Below the pieces are notes generated by a model. It worked only from the letters and a program-made list of their open reading frames with translations. It searched no databases and was not told the DNA's origin. Shown in pieces: positions 10,016-19,626 of a stretch of DNA of 64,000 bases. The translations under genes and the position numbers were made by a program. The stretch lies in NCBI GenBank assembly GCA_963665235.2, contig CAXXLX010000001.1, forward strand, positions 832,001 through 896,000, written 5' to 3'. The DNA comes from Candidatus Poribacteria bacterium (GTDB lineage Bacteria > Poribacteria > WGA-4E > WGA-3G). How positions within the stretch are numbered: position 1 is the first letter of the stretch; each line of letters opens with the position of its first letter.

Positions 10016-10786
10016 ATGTATAAACTCACAATCTTAGTCGTTCTAACCCTGCTTGCCGTTTCACCAAATCTCTTGGCAGTGTCCACCGATGGCCTTGTCG
10101 GTGCATGGCTATTGGATGATGGAAGCGGGGAAGCCGTTATGGATTCATCCGGTAACGGATTAGATGGTGAATTTGCCACGGGCACTCCGCAGTGGGTTGA
10201 AGGTAAATTTGGCGGTGCACTCAAATTTGGCGGTGCCGATATGGTAACCGTAGCTGACAATGATGCGCTTGACCTCACATCCTTCACAATCGCTGCATGG
10301 ATTAATAGTCCAGACACCTCCGGAAAATGGCATGTTATCGCTGCAAAAGAAACACGCAATCCGACAGGTCGAAACTACGGCATATTTGGACATGTTAACA
10401 CAGGTGTCATCCACTATTCCTTCACCTCCAGCGGATGGAAATCGTATGACGCAAAAACCAATGTTACCGATGGCACATGGCATCACGTCGCCGCAACGTA
10501 TCAAAAACCCGATTTCAAGCTTTACATAGATGGCGCAGTAGATGCTCAAGTCGCCCCAAATGCCGAGCCGGAAACCAATAACAGTCCCCTATATATCGGC
10601 GGTTGTGACATCGGCGGCTATTGGATGACAGGCACAATTGATGAAGTCGTCCTCTATGATAGAGCCCTTAGTGAACAAGAAATCGGCGAATTGATAGCGG
10701 ACGGAATAGCTTCTGTAACACCAGTGGAACCCGCAAGTAAATTGGTTACAACCTGGAGCCGGATTAAAGCGGGAGCAACCCGGTAA
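10016..10786 (+). CDS. Secreted LamG-like jellyroll domain protein (tandem paralog)
   Basis: Highly similar to 9204..9974. Confidence 0.85.
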   Translation: MYKLTILVVLTLLAVSPNLLAVSTDGLVGAWLLDDGSGEAVMDSSGNGLDGEFATGTPQWVEGKFGGALKFGGADMVTVADNDALDLTSFTIAAWINSPDTSGKWHVIAAKETRNPTGRNYGIFGHVNTGVIHYSFTSSGWKSYDAKTNVTDGTWHHVAATYQKPDFKLYIDGAVDAQVAPNAEPETNNSPLYIGGCDIGGYWMTGTIDEVVLYDRALSEQEIGELIADGIASVTPVEPASKLVTTWSRIKAGATR

Positions 10787-10817
10787 AATTCTAATTGAAC
10801 GAAAGAAGGCTCTTGAT

Positions 10818-11096
10818 ATGGCTGAATTAAGACAGCAGCTCTTAGTCCTACACTTACACACACCCGACCTCAACAGCCACGTCGTTGCATGGGCACTGTA
10901 CGATGGCACGGGTGAGAAACGTTATACGACAGGCGACAGTGAAACACCGCCCTATAGCTCAGTCGTCGAAGCGATGCGAGATGGCTGGCGGGTGATACAG
11001 TTTCCACAACAATTCCCTGCCTACCCCGGCATGGAATATCACACTTCCTATCTAAGATTTGAATATATCTTGGAGAAATTGGAGGAAATCTCATGA
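10818..11096 (+). CDS. Small conserved hypothetical protein coupled to the PhyH gene
   Basis: Clean ORF; ATGA overlap with the next gene. Confidence 0.7.
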   Translation: MAELRQQLLVLHLHTPDLNSHVVAWALYDGTGEKRYTTGDSETPPYSSVVEAMRDGWRVIQFPQQFPAYPGMEYHTSYLRFEYILEKLEEIS

Positions 11097-11911
11097 TTGA
11101 TAAACAGCACCTCCTCACGACAGAACAGATGGCGAATTTCGTAGCCGATGGTTACCTTCGCTTTGATGATTTTATTCCGGATGAATTCAATAAAGCTGCA
11201 CACGCGGAGATGCAGTCCGGCGTTCGAACACGCGGCGGCGGCGGCACCGTTCTAGACGATGTCTGGGGTGAAGATTCCGCAGTCGGAAACGTCTTCCGTT
11301 TACCGCAAGTACAAGGCATTATCCATAGCCTCGTCGGGGAAAATCCGTTATATGACCACCACGCCGTCCATATTGTGCGTCCCCAAAGCGAACACGGACA
11401 GATTTGGCACGCCGATGCTATCATTGACCTCCGCATGCACTTTGACATTCAGTTCTTCTATTTCTCACACGACACACCGCGCGAAATGGGCGGCACCATG
11501 ATTCTGCCCGGAAGTCATTTCAGACGCGTCTGCGAGACAGACGTTGCCCGATACCAAAACTTCCTCGGACAACATCCGATTGTTTGTGACGCTGGCACGC
11601 TCGTCGTTGTCCATCACGGAATATGGCACTGCGCGCAACCGAATTTAACCGAAGACACCCGGTACATGTTCAAATTACGTCTTAACCCGACCGTCCGTCA
11701 GCTCCAACTTTGGAACACAGACGACCTGAACGCGGCAGGGATCCGCGGCATTTTGAGCCGAAATCACAGATGGTACGGCAACGATGTCCGACTTGAAATT
11801 GTCAACCGGATCAAATTCTGGCGGTTTCTCATCGGCGATGAGTCGTTTGATGTCGGGTATTGGATGTCCCGTCTTGAGAATATGCCGGAAAACATCCTCA
11901 ATGTAGCTTAG
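11093..11911 (+). CDS. Phytanoyl-CoA dioxygenase (PhyH) family protein
   Basis: WHAD (HxD), PGSH and GIWH motifs. Confidence 0.88.
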   Translation: MIDKQHLLTTEQMANFVADGYLRFDDFIPDEFNKAAHAEMQSGVRTRGGGGTVLDDVWGEDSAVGNVFRLPQVQGIIHSLVGENPLYDHHAVHIVRPQSEHGQIWHADAIIDLRMHFDIQFFYFSHDTPREMGGTMILPGSHFRRVCETDVARYQNFLGQHPIVCDAGTLVVVHHGIWHCAQPNLTEDTRYMFKLRLNPTVRQLQLWNTDDLNAAGIRGILSRNHRWYGNDVRLEIVNRIKFWRFLIGDESFDVGYWMSRLENMPENILNVA

Positions 11912-12059
11912 TCCGTTGTCAAGATTTGTAGGCGCGCTTTGTTGTAAGCGTGTCTACAAACGCTACATTTAGGCGATGATGTTGCCGCAATACCGCAACT
12001 TCCTCAAACACCTCTTCTTCCACAGTTTTGATGTCGGCAAATGAAAGGAGATTTTGACC

Positions 12060-12454
12060 ATGTTAGAAACAGTTGAAACCCTCGCTCAACGGTTAACTCG
12101 GTTAGAAGAAACAGTAGAGCACATAACATTACAACTGTCTTGGATTGTTAATGAATTAGGGGGCGATGCTAATTGGAGAAAAGATGCGCAATTAAAGGCG
12201 TACTCTATAGGAAACAACAAGCAAGATGCAGAAATAGCTCGAAAAGTCCTTGAGCGGATGGGAATTTCCGGGGAACCGATCCCGTAGGGACGATAGTTTA
12301 TAGAAACACACAACGCTACCCACCTAGTCCCGCTGAAGAGCTGCAAGCACGGATGGTCCGTAACGGTATCCAGCCCGACGGGAACGAGTTTAGTCGCGCA
12401 ATTATCGAAGAACGCGAGAAATATGCGGCACTCACGGAAACGGAAAAGAAGTGA
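12060..12454 (+). pseudogene. Small hypothetical gene split by a 47-nt REP-C insertion
   Basis: Reads ...MGISGEPI, then the insertion at about 12282-12328, then PAEELQARMVRNGIQPDGNEFSRAIIEEREKYAALTETEKK*. Removing 47 nt restores one ORF. Confidence 0.7.
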
Positions 12455-12570
12455 TGTTGTCACCGTTGGATATCGGGGGTGGAAGGATGGAAGAGATTGG
12501 GCAGTGTGTTGTCAGAATCGCGGATGACGCGGATTACACGGATGACGCGGAGAGAACGATATTAACCAAA

Positions 12571-12693
12571 CAGGATGGACGCAAATTTGGCACTAAGTCT
12601 CGTAGCTCGTAGGGGCGGGGTTTCCCCGCCCGCTAGCTCTCCCTCTAAATCCCATTAGCTATAAAGGTTTATCAACGCGCTGCGTAAGTCCTA
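12571..12693. mobile_element. MITE-like element with AGGAC(TTA)CGCA-type termini carrying GTAG-REP GTAGGGGCGGGGTTTCCCCGCCC; related copy at 53885..54067
   Basis: CAGGATGGACGCA...TGCGTAAGTCCTA inverted ends; second copy in the opposite orientation; no TSD seen. Confidence 0.6.
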
Positions 12694-12865
12694 TAGTAGT
12701 TAGAAAACATACCCTAGAAACAGCAGTGTTTTCCGCAACACCTCCTAGTCCCGTAGGGACGATATCTTTATAGAACCGGCCGTTAACGCCAAAACTCTTA
12801 GCCCCAGTATTCGGGCAAACAGCCCGCTCCTCAAGGGCGGTATGTTTATGCATCGAACGATTAAA

Positions 12866-13972
12866 TTACCACTTCAACAAACCGGCATCGTTTTTATTAC
12901 TGAGTTTGCCGCTACGCACGACAGAGGTGAGAAATTCAATGATATCCAAAGCCCGTTTCAGGATTGCACTGAATGCTTGTTGCTGCCCCAGGCTATCAAC
13001 CCCGAAGTAATTAGCGATTTTTTGATAGTCGCTACCTTTTCGATGCCCACTACCCCTGGAGCGCAGCGTCTGAAGTTTTTGTAGGAAAGAGACTCGGCGA
13101 TCGGCATCTTCGACTGCATGGAAATCAAGGATTTCCCCAAGAATTTCAATGCTCCGTTTACCTTTCAGATTAACCCTCTCTGCTTCAGGCAAAAGTTGCT
13201 TTAACCCCTTTACATTTATTGATTCGATTAATATGGTTTGGAGATCCTGAACTAAATCATCAAAATGACACTGCTCATCATTAACCGGAATTCTCAGGCG
13301 TTGGAAACGGTACTCGTCACCAGAACCCAACGGTTTTAACAATTGCCAACCAAGGCATTCTTTGCATGCCTCTTGCAACTGTTCATAATTTTGTTTGAAC
13401 AAAATATCCGGCTGATCTGAACTTATACCATTTTTATTAATTATCCTATCATTACCGGTCGTTAGAAATGAAACGGAGAACGGAAGACACAAACTGGAAG
13501 TTTATGCTACAAGGAGGCACAAACTGGAAGTTTATGCTACAAGGAGGCACAAACTGGAAGTTTATGCTACAAGGAGGCACAAACTGGAAGTTTATGCTAC
13601 AAGGAGGCACAAACTGGAAGTTTATGCTACAAGAACGCACAAACTGGAAGTTTATGCTACAAGGAGGCACAAACTGGAAGTTTATGCTACAATAAAGAGA
13701 CATTTCCAATTAGAAATGGTATTACCCACTTTCCTTCGACCATCCGATCATGATAGGTTTCGCTCATATCCCCTTCTGGTGGAATATTATGAGCGCGCCA
13801 ATGTAATTGTTCCGTGTAAGGCAGATGTATCTAGGAAGTGTATCCTAGCGTTCTGCCAAGATAGTCTAAGAACACACAAACTTTGTCAGGGTGATGGTTG
13901 TCGATTTTGATGCTGCCCCACAGATTACAACTCACGATTGAATCCCTAACCGTGTATTTGCTAGGTTCGTTA
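12866..13972 (-). pseudogene. Hypothetical protein pseudogene, interrupted and truncated by TACCA-MITEs
   Basis: Removing 13426..13721 plus one TTA joins ...LPYTEQLHWRAHNIPPEGDMSETYHDRMVEGKWV to SSDQPDILFKQNY... in frame. There is a further frameshift near 13830, and the 5' end is replaced by a second MITE. Confidence 0.75.
13426..13721. mobile_element. TACCA-MITE carrying a 7-unit REP-B tandem array
   Basis: TIR TACCATTT...AAATGGTA, TSD TTA; units are CACAAACTGGAAGTTTATGCTAC with linker AAGGAGG. Confidence 0.9.
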
Positions 13973-14205
13973 TTAATTATTCTATCATTACCGGTTGTTA
14001 GAAATCAAACGGAGAACGGAAGACACAAACTGGAAGTTTATGCTACAATAAAGTGCACAAACTGGAAGTTTATGCTACAATAAAGTGCACAAACTGGAAG
14101 TTTATGCTACAATAAAGTGCCCAAACTGGAAGTTTATGCTACAAGAAAGTGCACAAACTGGAAGTTTATGCTACAAGAAAGAGACATTTCCAATTAGAAA
14201 TGGTA
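13971..14205. mobile_element. Left-truncated TACCA-MITE with a REP-B array
   Basis: Same leader and right end AATTAGAAATGGTA; linker AATAAAGTG. Confidence 0.8.
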
Positions 14206-14210
14206 TTATA

Positions 14211-14445
14211 ACGTGAGCTTGATAATAAATGTCCGTTTTCCCTAACCTCTATAAAGATATCGTCCTTGAGGAGCGGGAAACCGTTTGCCCGAATACTGGG
14301 ACTAAGAGGAAGGCAAAAACTGCTCCTTCTATAAAGATATCGTCCTTGAGGAGCGGGAAACCGTTTGCCCGAATACTGGGACTAAGAGGAAGGCAGAAAC
14401 CCCCTGTTTCTATAAACATATTGTCCCTAAGGAGCGGGGAACCTT
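14211..14445. repeat. ACG-MITE end followed by REP-C units (CTATAAAGATATCGTCC...GGGAC)
   Basis: ACGTGAGCTTGATAATAAAT terminus followed by repeated ~76-bp units. Confidence 0.7.
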
Positions 14446-14564
14446 TTTCCCGGTATTCCGACACACAGTCCGCTCCTCATTCGGTTTGCCAAAACATAAA
14501 ACGTAACTGTCATGATCATAGAAACACAGCTACACATAGAGACACTATAGGTTGAAAACAAAGC

Positions 14565-14605
14565 AAAACCCCACAAGGGATTTCAATCGTCTCTTGTGGG
14601 GTTTG
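14565..14605. terminator. Putative bidirectional intrinsic terminator
   Basis: AAACCCCACAAGGGA...TCTCTTGTGGGGTTT hairpin downstream of the 14669 gene. Confidence 0.55.
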
Positions 14606-14668
14606 TACAATTTTTACACACGCCTAGTAGCCCAAAGCTGTAGTAGCGGTAAATACCCTAGGAAATTA

Positions 14669-15487
14669 TCAATCGCGGCCGCGGCGTCTTCCTCTGCTAC
14701 GTTCCCGAAATTCTTTTATCATTTGTTCGCGTTGTTCACGGGAAGCACTCTCAAATCTCCGCCGCATCTCCATAACCTTCATCTCTGCCTGTTTTTTTGC
14801 GTTCTGTTCAGCGGCTTCCCTTGCTTTTCGCATCGCAGCGTCTCTAGAAGCACTAGATGAGGAGCTCCGGTTGTTATCACTCCGGCTGCTTTCTTCTCTA
14901 CTAGAGGAGCGTCCGCTGCTGCGGGATCCACTCGAGTTGAGAAACTGCATATTGCCTGTCCGAAGTGTTATATTCTCGCCGGCTTTATCCAACGTAACCT
15001 CTCGCTGCTTAATCTCTTTGACGACAGCCTCGCCGACTTTGTCACCAACGACTGCGGTATAAAATTGATTTGAGCGTCGCTCCAAGACAAATGCTTTGGC
15101 AACAGACCCGTTCGGATTGATGGCAGTGCCGATAAGCGCGTATTCTGGCTCTTTTCTCGGCGGAGTCCAACCGAGCGGTCGAAAGATATTGTTATCAATA
15201 ATCGCCCGATAAAACGCTTCACTGTCATTAGCTTTCTCGCCCCCGGAACGTTCTTTCTCCTGTGAGTTCGAAGCTTCTTGCCGATTGCGGAGCTTCTCCA
15301 TCTGCTGTCGCATTTGCTCCGGATTCGCCTTGCGGAGCTTCTCCATCTGCTGTCGCATTTGCTCCGGATTCGCCGCAATGCGCTCCAATTCTGCCCTATT
15401 CTGTGCATGGAGGTGGAAGCCGAACGCTAGCAGCAAAGCGACTATACCCCCAATTCCCAAAATGCTGAAGAGTTTTGAATATTTCAC
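14669..15487 (-). CDS. Membrane-anchored protein with a GspC/PilP-like domain
   Basis: N-terminal TM helix; NIFRPL..YALIGT..VGDKVG..VKEI..VTL pattern; in-frame 42-bp duplication (ANPEQMRQQMEKLR twice). Confidence 0.55.
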   Translation of the reverse strand: MKYSKLFSILGIGGIVALLLAFGFHLHAQNRAELERIAANPEQMRQQMEKLRKANPEQMRQQMEKLRNRQEASNSQEKERSGGEKANDSEAFYRAIIDNNIFRPLGWTPPRKEPEYALIGTAINPNGSVAKAFVLERRSNQFYTAVVGDKVGEAVVKEIKQREVTLDKAGENITLRTGNMQFLNSSGSRSSGRSSSREESSRSDNNRSSSSSASRDAAMRKAREAAEQNAKKQAEMKVMEMRRRFESASREQREQMIKEFRERSRGRRRGRD

Positions 15488-15782
15488 CGTAATCTCCTTG
15501 TACCTCAAAGGCATTTTTGTATGTATTAGACTATGTAAGTCTCAAAAAGGTTCATTTTTTTTTGTAAAAGTATTTGATTACCATAATTTTACCACAAAAA
15601 TTTGCGAATGTCAAATTTGCATTGTTTTCTTTTCAACCTTTGTGATATAATTAAAAATAAGTCGGTGCAATATATCGCCAAAGCGTCCCTTCTTCTGTAG
15701 GAGTGAGCACTCGAGCGCGACTTTCTGAAGTTAAGCAGGACGCTTGCACCAGTTAAATAGAATAGAAAAGGATTAATGTCTT

Positions 15783-16331
15783 ATGAAACGCCATAGTCAA
15801 AGTCAGAAATACGTTGCCCTGGTGTGCAGCTGTGCCCTTCTTTTTCTCTTAACGCTTGGGCAAGCGGATGCAGCGCGGCGGTCGCCTGCCTTAGCGATTA
15901 CGTTGTTTGTATCGGGCATGGGCTTCCAAGTTGGGAGTACCATGCTGAATTCCGCTGCGGAAACCCGTTATAATGAATATCTCAACACTGCAATTCAATC
16001 GGAAATTGCAAGCCACAAAGATGCAGTCATTGCGCGGCGAAATGCCAGTACTATCATGTCCCGCGTTGGTTTCGGCTGCGTCGGGTTGGCAGTGTTTCTC
16101 TCAATTTATAACCAACTTGCCTCCGCTGCCCCAGAGCCAGAACCGGAACCGGAACCGTTGTCCCAGGTACACCCGCTGATTAATGTGGGGACATATTCTT
16201 CAGCGAGCCTTATTTCGTCCCGTGTATCTCTAAGCAACAATAGACTCGTTGGGCTCTCTCGGTTCGGAATTCATCCACATTATGACTTCCAAACGAGACG
16301 TGCAAGTCTACAATTCCAACACCGTTTTTAA
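15783..16331 (+). CDS. Hypothetical exported/membrane protein
   Basis: RBS, signal peptide, C-terminal Phe; first gene of a three-gene run. Confidence 0.65.
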   Translation: MKRHSQSQKYVALVCSCALLFLLTLGQADAARRSPALAITLFVSGMGFQVGSTMLNSAAETRYNEYLNTAIQSEIASHKDAVIARRNASTIMSRVGFGCVGLAVFLSIYNQLASAAPEPEPEPEPLSQVHPLINVGTYSSASLISSRVSLSNNRLVGLSRFGIHPHYDFQTRRASLQFQHRF

Positions 16332-16340
16332 AGGAGAGAT

Positions 16341-17552
16341 TTGATGATTTTTTTTCAAAACCTCACACAACAATTCGGGGTAGGGAGGACATTCCTATTG
16401 AGCCTGCCTTTACTTCTCATGCTCTTGGGGTTAGCTGCATGCACAAATAGCGAAGATTTTGCGAACCCGCTTGACGCAGAAAATCTGCGGACATCCGGGG
16501 CGCCAGATGGACTCACGCTCTACCCCGGAGACAGAGAGATTCGTGTCACATGGACAGACACCGGACAATCGGGCATCAAAGCCTACCGTATCTATCGCCG
16601 TTCAATCAGCAACTCAGATGAACCCTTTGAGGTAGTTGGCACTGTTAATGCCCCGGCAAGCGAGTTTATAGACACTAACAATCTCGAAAATGACCGATTA
16701 GATGATTTTGGAAACGTTCTCGCGTACGAATACCGAATCTCATATATCGATATAAACGACGTTGAAACGCCTGACCCCGCGAATCTGCCCCAAACCGGCG
16801 ACGGTGAACCGATGCGGATCTGGAAAACCGCCAGTGCCACCCCGAGTATTGCACCGCCGGCACCAGACGTAACCATCGGGGACCCTGTTGACCTTGCTGT
16901 CAACCTTTTTTGGGAAAATTACGCGTTTCCCGCTGATTTCTCTATCTTCCAAATCTCCATCGCCCCGGACAGAGGCGAAGGCGAATCGCTGGTTTTTAGG
17001 CACGCCGCCGATATCAGCAGAGACGAAGAAAAACTTTACTATCTTGATGGTAATTTCCGGGAAGATGGCACGAAAAAAACATACCGAATCGCTGCTATAG
17101 ACCGATTCGGCGTGGAAGCCGTTACAATCGTCACAGCAGAATCCCCGAATCTTCCACCCAAACCACCCACAAACTTTGCGGTGTTTTGTTACCCGAGCTC
17201 CCTATTTACTGTCCGGTACGACTCCGTGTTACAATGGGATGCCAACCTTGAACCCGACCTGGATGGGTATCAAATTTATACGATAAATAATGATGGGGAA
17301 TTTATACCCCGGCCCGCGGCTAAAAAGGGGGAAACAACCTTGACAGTTATTGGTGAAGAACCCGTGCTCGTCGCCGGGAGCCCCTACCTTAGGCCCTATT
17401 TTATCGTTGCCTACGATAATACGCCCCGGCCCGATGGCATGATAGACACAAGTGAGAGAGTTGAAGCAACACTTCTTGCCAATTTCACGTTATTCGACCC
17501 AATTCCAGCAGAGCCTACGCCACCACCTCCCTCCGGCCCGAGCACACGATAG
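16341..17552 (+). CDS. Fibronectin type III-like repeat lipoprotein
   Basis: LAAC lipobox; FN3-like W...Y.IYR..Y.Y.I patterns. Confidence 0.7.
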   Translation: MMIFFQNLTQQFGVGRTFLLSLPLLLMLLGLAACTNSEDFANPLDAENLRTSGAPDGLTLYPGDREIRVTWTDTGQSGIKAYRIYRRSISNSDEPFEVVGTVNAPASEFIDTNNLENDRLDDFGNVLAYEYRISYIDINDVETPDPANLPQTGDGEPMRIWKTASATPSIAPPAPDVTIGDPVDLAVNLFWENYAFPADFSIFQISIAPDRGEGESLVFRHAADISRDEEKLYYLDGNFREDGTKKTYRIAAIDRFGVEAVTIVTAESPNLPPKPPTNFAVFCYPSSLFTVRYDSVLQWDANLEPDLDGYQIYTINNDGEFIPRPAAKKGETTLTVIGEEPVLVAGSPYLRPYFIVAYDNTPRPDGMIDTSERVEATLLANFTLFDPIPAEPTPPPPSGPSTR

Positions 17553-17613
17553 GCAAAGGTGAGAAAGTTGAAACCAAACATCCACAATTTGAATAGACAG
17601 AAAAGGAAAGATT

Positions 17614-18555
17614 ATGTACCTTAAACACCTAACATTCATTAGCATCGTTTTAGTTTTAATCGGAATCGGGGGACAGATTTTCGCACAATTGCCACCGACC
17701 CCCCAACTTAGCACTATCCAAACCGCTGAACCCCTCGGAAAAGGTGGGTCCACTACAATATTTAGCATGTTCAAGTATTCCAAAGTTGACCTTGCCCCTG
17801 AACATACACAAAATGTAGACATCGGTGAATTTGAGGAATCCCATTACGTAACACTCGAAACAGAGACGTTCCTCATCCCGGTCCGATTCATCTACGGGGT
17901 AGGCGAACACCTCGACTTTACGCTCGGTGCCACGTTTTCAACCGGTGGTGTCAGAAAAGTTATACTCGATTACTACAACACAGGAGACACGCTGACCGGT
18001 GCAAAACGGGTTTACGACCAGCCCCTGTATGATGGACTCATCGGCCTCAAATACAACATCAAACCCGATCGGAATGATGGCCTTCCGAGTATCTCTGTCG
18101 GTGGAGATGTACAGTTTGGCTTCACAGCGGACGACCGGCTGAACGCGGATGGCGAATTCCTTGACCATAGTCCTGCTGATGGATTCCCATTTTTCGGGGT
18201 CAATACCTATATCGCTGGCACGCAAAGAGTCGGAAGCCTCTTCAAACTCCACGGCGGCATAGGAGCTTTCCTACTGTCAAAAGCCCTTGGGACCGGCGAC
18301 TCTTTTACGCTCAATTGGCAAGCCGGTGGTGAAATGGCGGTTGGGGACAATATGTGGCTCGTCGCCGATTTTACCCGCGAACTGCCTTATGCAGGAATCA
18401 ACCTCGCAAACATGATTGGGGTTTCATTTCGCTATGAAATTTCCAACACACTCGCATTCCAAGTTGGATACAACACCCTCCCCGGATTTCAGTTCAATCT
18501 GATACTCGGCGGCGATAAGGCGCAAGCACTTGAAGGTGAAGATATACTGTTTTAA
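17614..18555 (+). CDS. Putative outer-membrane beta-barrel protein
   Basis: Signal peptide and amphipathic beta strands. Confidence 0.6.
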   Translation: MYLKHLTFISIVLVLIGIGGQIFAQLPPTPQLSTIQTAEPLGKGGSTTIFSMFKYSKVDLAPEHTQNVDIGEFEESHYVTLETETFLIPVRFIYGVGEHLDFTLGATFSTGGVRKVILDYYNTGDTLTGAKRVYDQPLYDGLIGLKYNIKPDRNDGLPSISVGGDVQFGFTADDRLNADGEFLDHSPADGFPFFGVNTYIAGTQRVGSLFKLHGGIGAFLLSKALGTGDSFTLNWQAGGEMAVGDNMWLVADFTRELPYAGINLANMIGVSFRYEISNTLAFQVGYNTLPGFQFNLILGGDKAQALEGEDILF

Positions 18556-18706
18556 CGCGAGTTTGAAAAAAAGTTTTGACTTAGAGCGTTCTGTGGTAGT
18601 TTTAGCAAAAACCAGCACAAACTAGGAAGTTTATGCTACAATTATACCGCTTTTTTCGCGATGAAAAAGGTTTAGAGCAAACGGATATTTATTATCAAGC
18701 GCACGT
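18555..18706. mobile_element. 152-bp ACG-family MITE
   Basis: TSD TGTTTTA, overlapping the stop codon of the upstream gene. Confidence 0.9.
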
Positions 18707-18759
18707 TGTTTTAAACCAACCCCTATATCAGCCCCATATCAGGAAGACAGGAGCAATCC

Positions 18760-19209
18760 ATGCGTGCTGTAATTCAACGGGTTAAATCTGCTGCTGTTAC
18801 CGTGGAGGGTGAAGTCGTCTCCGCTATTGGTGAAGGCGTGCTTATCTTCCTCGGTATCGCCCAGGACGATACAGAAGCAGAGTTAGCTTATGTCGCAAAC
18901 AAGGTCGCCACGCTCCGCATCTTTGAGGACGAGGCGGGCAAAATGAATCGTTCACTTCTCGACACCGGCGGAGCTGCCCTAGTTGTTTCACAATTTACGC
19001 TCTACGGTGATTGCCGCAAAGGGCGACGGCCCAGTTTTATTAACGCCGCTCGCCCTGAAGCAGCAAAGCCACTCTATGAACAGTTCATCACCGCCTTAAA
19101 ACAGCACAATATCCAAACACAAGGCGGCACCTTTCAAGCGATGATGGAGGTGCAACTCATTAATGACGGGCCCGTTACCATTCTATTGGATAGCGACAAA
19201 CAGTTTTAA
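18760..19209 (+). CDS. dtd: D-aminoacyl-tRNA deacylase
   Basis: [13 protein letters not shown] and NDGPVT motifs. Confidence 0.97.
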   Translation: MRAVIQRVKSAAVTVEGEVVSAIGEGVLIFLGIAQDDTEAELAYVANKVATLRIFEDEAGKMNRSLLDTGGAALVVSQFTLYGDCRKGRRPSFINAARPEAAKPLYEQFITALKQHNIQTQGGTFQAMMEVQLINDGPVTILLDSDKQF

Positions 19210-19210
19210 C

Positions 19211-19603
19211 GCTCTTCCGTCAAATCCCATGCTTTAGCTTGCGGGATGTAGACGGCGCATAAGTTGAAATTTTAATTTGACTTTCGCCAAAAACTGTGGT
19301 ATAATCAAACTAGCACTTTTGGATAGCATTCTCACCCCGTGCATAACCCTGTGCGGGTGCTATCCCCCACTTGTGAGAAGGTGTGTAGTGTTAGTGCGAA
19401 ATCACTCAAAACATTTCGGGATACACCGACGATGTATGTGGAGTAGAATCCCAGCCAACTGTGTGTATCCTCCAAATTCTATTCTAAAACGGGCAGGCTT
19501 AGCTGCCCTAAGTGGAGACGACATAAGACGGGTGAACCCCCAGGGCGAAACGCTGTTGTCTAGGAAGCACAAGCCCCCACCTTTAGGTGGTGGGTACTAT
19601 GAC
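19211..19603 (+). mobile_element. ORF-less IS200/IS605-type element with promoter and omegaRNA-like 3' end
   Basis: CTTTAG-loop hairpins at both ends; TTGACT-N17-TATAAT; GGAGAC...AAGCCCCCACCTTTAGGTGGTGGG...TGAC right end; core shared with 60335..61214. Confidence 0.7.
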
Positions 19604-19626
19604 AAGCAAGAAAGCCGAGAAAGTGC

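Noticed and set aside
19211-19603. Group I intron/IStron
   Set aside because: No recognisable P, Q, R or S core motifs by eye.
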